Positions 44,186-51,896 of a stretch of 64,000 bases of DNA are shown here, piece by piece (position 1 is the first letter of the stretch; each line of letters opens with the position of its first letter). The DNA lies in the NCBI GenBank assembly GCA_963664705.1, contig OY761556.1, positions 1,888,001-1,952,000 of the forward strand. The letters are read 5' to 3'. The notes under the pieces were generated by a model that saw nothing but the letters and a program-made list of their open reading frames with translations, was not told the DNA's origin and did no database searches. Source of the DNA: Acidobacteriota bacterium. Lineage in GTDB: Bacteria; Acidobacteriota; UBA6911. The translations under genes were made by a program, and so were the position numbers.

Positions 44186-45160
44186 ATGTTTGTCAAATCA
44201 AGCATGTGCTTGTTTTTCTTTATCATGCTTATTTGTCAGCTTGTTATGACGAATGCCCCTGCACAAAACCTGCCAACCGGTAACCTTTCGCGGCTTTCGC
44301 AAGCTCGAGCATTGACCGCTCCTGAAAAACAAATGCAGGTGCTTCCTAAAGATAAGACCGTTGTCGACATGGATTCTAAAGAGTTGCACCGATATTTCCC
44401 GTCCGAGCTCCGACGAGTAACCTTCGACCTGAACCAGGACGTATTAAGCTCAATAATGGAAAAAACGGGAGAATGCGTGCAAGCGTTCTTCAAAGATTTT
44501 GCAAACACATCCTCAAAAGAGGCTGTTTACCTGGAAAAGCCGGGGAATAGCGGCAGCACTAGTCGTGAATTCAGCTACTTGATTGTTTATCATCCTGATG
44601 CGAACAAGCCATTACTTGAGGAATATAGGACCGATAAACAAAATCATCCGATTGCTCAGAAGGCACTAAAAGATGTTTTTATAACGTCCGGTTACTTGGG
44701 ACTCAGTTTAAATTTTCATCCTGCGTATCAGCAATATTCTCGTTTCAGGTATTTGGGAACTCAGGCATCCGATCCTCATGCTCTTATCATTGCCTTTGCC
44801 CAGAAGCCAGAAATGAGAGATCTGCAAATCGAATACACTGATACCAATACTGGAAACAGGTTCCGTCTTCCAATACAGGGAATTGCATGGATAGATCCAA
44901 GCTCTTTTCAAATATTGCGTTTGCGCACAAACCTCCTGGGCATGGGAAATCAATCCTTCATTTCGGAACAAAGCACCGATATTAAGCTCGGCGCAGTCCG
45001 CTTTGAGGAAAATCAGAAGCAGTTATGGCTACCACGCGAAGTTATGGTTATGACTCAAATCTCCGGTTATGTTTTTCGAAATCAGCACCGCTATTCTGAC
45101 TACAAATTGTTTGCTGTTGATAGCGACTTCACAATTGACAAGACAAAGCCAGGCAAATAG
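44186..45160 (+). CDS. Hypothetical exported protein (element cargo)
   Basis: Signal peptide; GIAWIDPSSFQILRLRT, LWLPREV, HRYSDYKLF resemble Acidobacterial exported beta-proteins. Confidence 0.8.
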   Translation: MFVKSSMCLFFFIMLICQLVMTNAPAQNLPTGNLSRLSQARALTAPEKQMQVLPKDKTVVDMDSKELHRYFPSELRRVTFDLNQDVLSSIMEKTGECVQAFFKDFANTSSKEAVYLEKPGNSGSTSREFSYLIVYHPDANKPLLEEYRTDKQNHPIAQKALKDVFITSGYLGLSLNFHPAYQQYSRFRYLGTQASDPHALIIAFAQKPEMRDLQIEYTDTNTGNRFRLPIQGIAWIDPSSFQILRLRTNLLGMGNQSFISEQSTDIKLGAVRFEENQKQLWLPREVMVMTQISGYVFRNQHRYSDYKLFAVDSDFTIDKTKPGK

Positions 45161-45209
45161 GACTGCATTAAGACATCAAGATCCCGGAAACGGCTACATA
45201 GCAAATTAC

Positions 45210-46316
45210 TCATCTAGACATTGAAAAGGCATCCAGACGCACTGCTGCATCCCTGAGATCGCCCTCGGACACGATGTTGTATCTCTCAAACACGGATCTT
45301 GTTTTGTGGCCGGTCATCTTCATCGCAACTCCTTCCGGCACTCCTGCTCTGACTAGGTTTCGGACAGCTGTCCTCCGGAAGTCATGCACCAGGCGGCCGG
45401 GGACTCCCGCCGCTTTGCACGCAGCTTCCCAGCTATGTTTGAAGTCGACGAATGGTCTGCCTTTCCGAACCCCTTTGGTATAGAAGAAGACCCAAGGCGT
45501 GATGATCCCTTTTTCCTTGAGGCCATCTGCCCGAGTCCTCTGCAGATTCAAGACGGCCTCGAGTTCATCAGTGAAAGGGAAGACTCGTCCCTTCCGGTTT
45601 TTTGTGGTGCCGACATCTAGGATTACGACCCGTGCCTCGAAATCGACCTGGCGCCACTGCAGTTTGAGGATCTCATTCTTGCGCCATCCGGTGACATAGG
45701 CAAACCTTGCCACCGGCTCAATGCGGCTGCGAACCTCTTTGCCGCCGCTAACATCAGGAAGATGCTTTAGGACGGCTTGGAACTGGTCAAGTTCGAAAAA
45801 ACCGGTCCTCACGTTGTCCTCCTTGAGCATGGTTATGTGAGGCCGGTCCGAGACTATGCGTTTCTGGATGCCAAGGGAGAAGGCGCGCTTGATCGTAGCT
45901 AGTTCGCGATTGATGCTTGCATTGCTGGATCCCTCTTCTCTCCGCTGCAGGATGTAGTCGTCAATGGTGGTCTCGGTGATCTGCGTGACCTTCATCTTCC
46001 CAAAGAATGGAATAATGTGAAGCCTATGCCGCAACTCAATGTCAGCAGCAGACCGATAGCCATTCAGTTCGTAGTCCTTCTCGACGAGCGAAGCCAGTTC
46101 AGAGAATATGACCTTGCGCTCAAGGCTCTTTGTCGGACGTCGCTTCGTCGCCTCTCCCTCACGTTGCTTCAAGTACTCTTTTGCTTCCGCGTAGTCTGCC
46201 GTCCCCGCAGTCTCGCGGATGACGCGACCGTGTGAGTAGTACTTGATCCACCATATGGCCAAAGTCCGCTTTTTGCCATCCTTGTCTTTGAATGTTCGTC
46301 TGAACACACTTCCCAC
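45210..46316 (-). CDS. Tyrosine recombinase/integrase
   Basis: Catalytic set intact: TGWRKNE, TKN, HDFRRT, TGH, ERY; GTG 46316 with AAGGAG RBS (ORF opens at 46394). Confidence 0.95.
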   Translation of the reverse strand: MGSVFRRTFKDKDGKKRTLAIWWIKYYSHGRVIRETAGTADYAEAKEYLKQREGEATKRRPTKSLERKVIFSELASLVEKDYELNGYRSAADIELRHRLHIIPFFGKMKVTQITETTIDDYILQRREEGSSNASINRELATIKRAFSLGIQKRIVSDRPHITMLKEDNVRTGFFELDQFQAVLKHLPDVSGGKEVRSRIEPVARFAYVTGWRKNEILKLQWRQVDFEARVVILDVGTTKNRKGRVFPFTDELEAVLNLQRTRADGLKEKGIITPWVFFYTKGVRKGRPFVDFKHSWEAACKAAGVPGRLVHDFRRTAVRNLVRAGVPEGVAMKMTGHKTRSVFERYNIVSEGDLRDAAVRLDAFSMSR

Positions 46317-46407
46317 GTGGGTCTCCTTTATTTTCAAGGTGGATTTAATGGGATTCGATATTAGAATCGAGGGAGCCATGTTTCCTTCCACCAAGGAGTC
46401 ATGGTTA

Positions 46408-46707
46408 GGGGCTCACCTGGCGCTCAGAACGCCAAGTAGCCCCGTAGCGCGAATTATGTCGTGTTGCTTTCTGCAAACCTGCTCTAAAACGGCCCAGGGC
46501 GCGTGAAGTCCCGAGGGCAGTGGCGGGCCAACTCGTAGAATTGACCCGCCCGTTGCAGGGTTCCTGCTCTGCACAGTCGGCGCATGGCTGAATGCGATCG
46601 CCGAAGCCGCATCTGGGATCGTCCCGCCCCAACATCGGAAAGAACGGAACACCGCCCAGCCCGGAAGAACATCTGTGGCGGACCCCGATGTGTCGTCGGA
46701 GCCCGCC
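46408..46707 (-). ncRNA. Candidate structured RNA between the capsid and integrase genes
   Basis: At least four hairpins (46408-46443, 46522-46550, 46591-46613, 46677-46707) whose irregular pairs are G-U on the minus strand; one has a C(UUCG)G tetraloop. Confidence 0.5.
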
Positions 46708-46720
46708 TTGGGCACTTTTC

Positions 46721-48034
46721 TTATCGCTTGCCGAGGACCACGCACCAACTGAGCGAGTCGCCATTTTTCGGAGTTATCGCAGCGTTCCACGTTCCTTTGC
46801 CGTCAACCCGCATGATCGCGCGATAGGCCTTTTGGTCCTGTTGCCAGCCAACATGTATTGAGGTATCGAGCGTGACCTCGCGCCGCATGCCGACTGCGTA
46901 CTGGGTAAAGTCGACCAGCGCGATATCGCCCTCAGAACCGAGCGCAGGCGCCTTCTCCGTGAAAACACAGGGCCTCGTCAGGATTGAGAATTGACCATTG
47001 CTTTGCGAGAGAACCGGAACAGGCGCACCGGCATCTCCGATCACTTGATAAAGCTGGAGCAGCTGCGGGATACACGTTGAGTTCGCGAGCCAGATGCTGT
47101 TGGCCAGGCACTGCGGAGCAAGTCTGGCAAACATCTTGGTGAGATTGATGTAGTTGATGGTTGCGGCATTTTGATTCTGCTCTTTCGCGACGACAATTCG
47201 CGCCGGATCGCGGAGTGCGCCAAGCGGCTGGCCGGCTCCGGATCCGTTCAAAAAGCTATGATCAAGAGCCCAGCCGAGGGTTTTGGTCATTGCGGCATTG
47301 ATCTGAGCCTCGAAGCCCAGGCCATCCTGAACCAGCTCATTGGACGCGCGGCAGAACGCGGCCAACTTGTTCGCCTTCAGGCCGAGCAGGAGGAGTTTCC
47401 CGGTGACGTCAGCAGCCTCGCCGTTCTCGGGCAACCACTGCGCTGATATTCCGCCGAACAGGGAATTCGAATGGTCTTTGCTGTCCCATCCCGGGATCTT
47501 CTTGGTGTCGGACGTCATGGGCCAAATCTGGCATCGCGATCTAACGATTTCGTCCTCGAGCGACGAGTCGAGCCAGGTTGCGCTCAATTCTTACGGAACG
47601 GCATAGCCACCCAAAGCGTCATTGCCTTCCTGTTGAACTGATGCTTGGATAAGCCGCTCGTCAAATCTGCCAGAACTGACGGCCGCCAGGAACTCATTCC
47701 CATCGCGGAATGCGGATCCCCTGATCGTGCCGAACATTGCGGAGAACGTGCGTCCCGTAGCCGGACCCTTAAACTCCTGGCTCAGATCGACCTTGTAGAA
47801 GTGGCCGTTGACGTCCTGCCGGTACTTGACCACGGGAGTTGCTTGGCGTTCGCGTTCCATCTCCTCCTCCCACGCAGTGATTGCCTCCTCATTCCGGGCT
47901 CGCGCCGCGTGCAGCTCGTCGATCTTCGCCTTCTGGTCGGCGGTGAGCGTTTCGCCCGCGCCTGCGAGAATCTGGGAGATCTGATTTTTAATGACAAGAC
48001 GCCGTTGTCTTAGGTCCTTGATGTTTGCCGTCAT
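46721..48034 (-). pseudogene. HK97-fold phage major capsid protein interrupted by one in-frame TAA (47591-47593)
   Basis: The 147-aa and 288-aa ORFs are in frame: ...LGGYAVP*ELSATWLD...; motifs WLPENGE, FLNGSGAGQPLG, GDIALVDFTQY, AYRAIMRVDG; N-terminal coiled-coil delta-like domain. Confidence 0.88.
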
Positions 48035-48244
48035 AACTAAGTCCTTTCACGCCCGCATAGGCATATTTATATATTGTGAGTTGTTGGATTTATCACTGCG
48101 TGGCGGGCGGACAGGTCTCAACGGAGCCTGTGCCAGTCGTTGCACTCGGGCAGATCGTGGCGTCTACGGACCCACTCGCTGCGAGTGCCTTAAGCTGTGC
48201 TTATCCTAACATAAGAATAAATTCTAATTGAACTATAAAATGTA

Positions 48245-48466
48245 TTAATTCATAGAATTTCTTTCCTCGACCTTTTTTGCCACGACAGCCGGGAGTCCAG
48301 CTATCACCTGCTTAACACCGAGGAAGAGCCTGCCGCATGCTTTCCAGTTCCCAGCCTCAATAAAGCGGCGGAATGCGTCCGCCAGCAACACTGGGATCGC
48401 CTCCTCCTCGGGCACTTCCAACCCATCGTCATTGCCGTCCTCAATTCGCATGTCGATCATCCCCAA
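48245..48466 (-). CDS. Small hypothetical protein
   Basis: About 70 aa, co-oriented with the element operon; GGGG RBS-like before internal ATGs. Confidence 0.55.
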   Translation of the reverse strand: MGMIDMRIEDGNDDGLEVPEEEAIPVLLADAFRRFIEAGNWKACGRLFLGVKQVIAGLPAVVAKKVEERNSMN

Positions 48467-48841
48467 TTAATGTTGTTTTAACCCCGTTTTATGCTCGGGA
48501 TTTTAGGCTGTTTCAGCACTGTTCCGATGCTGCAGGACATTGACTCGATCACCGTAACCGTTTCTGATGCGGATAGATCCCCCGGAATCCGCGTATCCTA
48601 TTCACCGGTGCATCTGAGGCGTAATGCCCATCTGACCCCCCGGTTGCTGATGCGGGAAACTTTCGGGGGCCTTGCGCGCCCGGTCTGCGGCCTTACCTTC
48701 CTAGATATTGCAGGGGCCCTACCGCCCTAGTTGGGTAAACAACTCTACGATTGCCGAAACCCTCGTCCTAAACTCCTTCACCGGTTGCCTGACTACCGGA
48801 TCGGTACGATGCTCGTAAAGGTCTCCTTGGATTCCGTCAAT

Positions 48842-49044
48842 GGATCGTCTACGGGATCGTCTGCGCTTATATAGAAAAGCATCATAGACAGTCGATTGGA
48901 CGTTACACTTCGTTCCACGTCCATATCGCCTCTCTGTACCCGGCTGATAGTCAATAGATGTAAAAGGCAGTTCAGACGATTTAGTCATTGTAAAGACTCA
49001 TGTTGGATTCGATTGTCTGAAGCCTCTCGGACACCTCAGACGGT
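48842..49044. repeat. Iteron-like cluster (putative replication origin)
   Basis: Six AGAC(G/A)(A/G)T copies in both orientations near TATATA (48868-48873), at the helicase 3' end. Confidence 0.55.
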
Positions 49045-50534
49045 ATGATGCGATACTGCGTCGCCGATCCTTTACCCTTCCTCTCAACCTTTCCAGCATC
49101 GAACAGCCCGGAGAGATGCTTCGCTACCGTAGCCCGTGCAAGCCCTGTGCCCATCGAAATTTCCTTTGGCTGTGCCCAGGAACCGGAAACAAGAGCGAGC
49201 GCGTCCAGCACCTTCTCCTTGTTCTTGTCACCCACGATCTTCATGTTCTTGGCGATTCGCTCGACGTCACCGGCCCATGTGAACTTCGGTCTGCCGGATC
49301 CCTTGGGTGACATGTCAACGAAAAAACTCGGCCGGTCGTCGATGTCCTTGTTCTCGGAATAGACATGGAGCCGTCCCTCCTGCGGGGTTCTCGCAAGGCA
49401 GATCATGAAATCGGCGCAACCATATTTGCCGATGCTGCCCTTGAGGTCGAACGGGTTTGGTTCCTGGCTATCACGCCCGAGGTTCTTGCCGATAGGCTTG
49501 CGGGTGTGGTCGACGCACAGAATCGTTACGCCCAGGTCCCGGTTGACCTCCTCCAGGATGGAAACCATCTTCGCCATGTCTTTCGCGTTCGACTCGTCGA
49601 GGTCCGGAATCATGCGGTTCAGCACGTCGAGGATCAGGAAGTCGAACCCGTTGTCCCGTACCTGGCTCTTCAGCCAGGCCAGGTGCGCGGCATCAGTCAG
49701 GTTCATCCGTTCGCGGACGAGGAAACGAAGTCGGCCTTCGGATGGATAAGGCAGGAGATCTCCATACCCTTTCGTGATTTCCTCAGCACGCTCCTTGAGC
49801 CTATAGACAGGATCTTCGCGAGCTATATAGAGGACACGAGAAGAAGTGACGACATACTTGCCCAGCCAGAGGCGCTGCTGCCGAGGCTGCGCCAGATGAA
49901 ATGCGGCGTCCTCGGCGAGCAGGCTCTTGCCGGTCTTCGGCGCCGCGCTTAGGAACCCTATGCTGCGTTTGGGGACCAGTGGTTCGATTGCCCAATCCGG
50001 AGGAGAGGTGGGCATGGACTTGAGACTTGATGCGTCCAATAGCTGCCAGGAGATTTCCTTGCCTCGGAAAGCTGTGGCCTCGGCGAGCGACTTCGCCAGC
50101 GCCGCCTTCGCTATTTCAACGGAACCGGTCCCACCGATAACTGCCTGAATAAAGGCATTCGCATCTGTGACAGCCCGCCGCATCTGCGCGAGTCGGACAA
50201 CTCGTTCAGCATAGACTCCCACGGCCATTGCGCGTGCTACGCCGTCCGTAAGGCTTACCAGCATTGCAGCCCCGCCGACCCGTTCAAGATCGCCGGTGTC
50301 CTGCAGGTCGGACTTGACCGTCACAAGATCGATTGGGATCCCGGCGCTGGCAAGCCTGAGCATGCTCTTAAGCACAAGCCGAAGAGGCTCCTGATAGAGA
50401 TCAGAGAAGTCGAGCCCGGTGCTCAGAGCCTCTTCCATCTTCTCTGGGGCGACGAGTATCCCGCCGATCAGGCTGCGCTCGGTTTCAGGATCATGAGGGA
50501 GTAGACCGGTGACGGCAGAGTGGGCAGTCGTCAT
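48981..50534 (-). CDS. Replicative helicase: DnaB N-terminal domain + AAA_25/RepA-like ATPase + wHTH
   Basis: PHDPETERSLIGGIL...PIDLVTV...LERVGG (DnaB_N); AAPKTGKS; LILDVL; DHTRK; DLKGS; C-terminal HTH. Confidence 0.88.
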   Translation of the reverse strand: MTTAHSAVTGLLPHDPETERSLIGGILVAPEKMEEALSTGLDFSDLYQEPLRLVLKSMLRLASAGIPIDLVTVKSDLQDTGDLERVGGAAMLVSLTDGVARAMAVGVYAERVVRLAQMRRAVTDANAFIQAVIGGTGSVEIAKAALAKSLAEATAFRGKEISWQLLDASSLKSMPTSPPDWAIEPLVPKRSIGFLSAAPKTGKSLLAEDAAFHLAQPRQQRLWLGKYVVTSSRVLYIAREDPVYRLKERAEEITKGYGDLLPYPSEGRLRFLVRERMNLTDAAHLAWLKSQVRDNGFDFLILDVLNRMIPDLDESNAKDMAKMVSILEEVNRDLGVTILCVDHTRKPIGKNLGRDSQEPNPFDLKGSIGKYGCADFMICLARTPQEGRLHVYSENKDIDDRPSFFVDMSPKGSGRPKFTWAGDVERIAKNMKIVGDKNKEKVLDALALVSGSWAQPKEISMGTGLARATVAKHLSGLFDAGKVERKGKGSATQYRIIPSEVSERLQTIESNMSLYND

Positions 50535-50824
50535 CGGGCCCCCTGCTCAGCTTTAAGCCGTTCGATCAGCTTGTCGCAATCCTCGCGATCAATGAGGAGT
50601 TTGTTCATGGTCCGTTGGCGAGGCCTCGCAATGACCGTCTTGTTCTCACCGCGAATTTTGGCACCGGGCAGTTTGACCGGAGTGAGGATCCCGTCTGCAA
50701 TGTAGTCGCGCACCGACTGCTCGCCTACTGAGAGATAGGCTGCAGCCAAGTGGATGTCCAGCAGCCGCGGCCACGTCAGCATCGTCAAGCCGGCACGGGA
50801 AGATCGGCCGAGACGATCATTCAT
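50531..50824 (-). CDS. Excisionase-like HTH (HTH_17/AlpA-like)
   Basis: RLLDIHLAAAYLSVGEQSVRDYIADGIL..., LIDREDCDKLIE; GGAGG RBS; ATGA-coupled to the helicase. Confidence 0.8.
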   Translation of the reverse strand: MNDRLGRSSRAGLTMLTWPRLLDIHLAAAYLSVGEQSVRDYIADGILTPVKLPGAKIRGENKTVIARPRQRTMNKLLIDREDCDKLIERLKAEQGAR

Positions 50825-51050
50825 GGGAACCCTCCCGGAAGAGTTCCGGAAATAAAAACTGGGGATCCGCACTCAGAACCTTGCAGATCTTCTGCGCTTG
50901 TTCATGGGTGGGAAGGGCGCGGCCGGTCTCGAAATAGGAGATATCCGGCTGCTTGAGGCGCACGGCTCGTGCGAGCTGGGACTGGTCTAGTCCCTGCATG
51001 ACTCTTGCTGCACGGAGTCTACGGTTTATCGTAGAACACTGCTTCTTCAT
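50817..51050 (-). CDS. XRE/Cro-family HTH regulator
   Basis: LRAARVMQGLDQSQLARAVRLKQPDISYFETG. Confidence 0.85.
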   Translation of the reverse strand: MKKQCSTINRRLRAARVMQGLDQSQLARAVRLKQPDISYFETGRALPTHEQAQKICKVLSADPQFLFPELFREGSHE

Positions 51051-51357
51051 GGTACTTCACGGTCTCCAAACAAAACCCAGTTGGCGGAGCATGCGCGAGC
51101 GAGGCATGCAACGCCGGGGCTTAATTTATCAGGCCGCGAAGAACCGATCGCGGCGGCTATTGTGGAAAGTTGCTTAAAGCCGCATAAAAGCGAACCAGGC
51201 GGGAATGCACTGGAAGGATTCTAACCTTTTTGTTCAGTGTAAAGCGGATTCCATAATATATCTTGCGATATGGATGTCCAGAACTTTTTGGGCCGGGACC
51301 AACCATCGACACTCCGGGAAAGAGAGAAGTCCATGCCGTAATTATCTAACTTCCTAT

Positions 51358-51376
51358 TGTGCCCAGAAGTGTGCCC
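51358..51376 (+). promoter_or_regulatory. Putative integrase arm-type site pair (right)
   Basis: TGTGCCC-N5-TGTGCCC about 110 bp inside attR. Confidence 0.7.
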
Positions 51377-51487
51377 AGGCACATCGGATGATATCGAAAA
51401 ATATCAGGAAATAGCAGAGAGGTCACAGAATGCCGCTTTGTGGATTAGCGCTTTGGTATCAATATTTTGGGCTTCGGTGTGGACGGG

Positions 51488-51532
51488 CTTTTAAGCAGAG
51501 GGTCGTTGGTTCGAGTCCAACACGGCTCATCA
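51488..51532 (+). repeat. attR core (45-bp duplicate of the tRNA-Lys 3' half)
   Basis: Exact copy of 41646-41690; the tRNA 5' half is absent. Confidence 0.95.
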
Positions 51533-51896
51533 TGATTCCGCTCCACCTCCGAATGCCGCCGTCGTATTGCAGGATCATCTCCTTTCCAACCCTTCCGCGA
51601 ATTCCGAATAGATGAAAACCGCAGGAATTGCCAAGGCGGAATAAGAAGGCAGTATCTGACCAATCTCCGCCTGCTCATAAGAATTACGTTTTTAAGCTGC
51701 GCAGCTTGGTACGGAAAGTTTGGACGCCTTCCACTGACTGGTTTTATCGGAAGTGGCTTCTTTTTATGTTTGGCTATATTCTATTTACTTGATTAACTGC
51801 AATCTCTTCGGGTGTCCGCTTATAGGAAGTACCAGCGGCGGTGTGCGCTGCGGACATTGTGGGATTGGACCACTTAAAAACCTAATGGGAGTCACT

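Larger units (their letters stand above)
41646..51532. mobile_element. tRNA-Lys-integrated phage-satellite-like element (~9.9 kb)
   Basis: 45-bp att duplication, arm sites, tyrosine integrase, xis-like HTH, helicase and major capsid gene; no portal, terminase, tail or lysis genes recognised. Confidence 0.9.

Noticed and set aside
46460-46492. GTTTTAGAGC on the minus strand, like the start of a type II CRISPR repeat or sgRNA
   Set aside because: Single 10-nt match with no array, anti-repeat or cas gene; likely chance.
46405-46790. Short ORFs in the capsid-integrase spacer
   Set aside because: They overlap the capsid 3' end or lack an RBS; GC-rich hairpins explain the open frames.
48719-48988. 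89-aa ORF overlapping the helicase stop
   Set aside because: It spans the iteron and cos-like region and has no recognisable features; more likely non-coding, though not excluded.
51488-51532. Second tRNA-Lys gene
   Set aside because: Only the 3' 45 nt are present, with no D-arm or 5' acceptor strand; it is attR.
41646-51532. Complete prophage or cf-PICI
   Set aside because: Under 10 kb between intact att sites, with no portal, protease, terminase, head-tail, tail or lysis genes.
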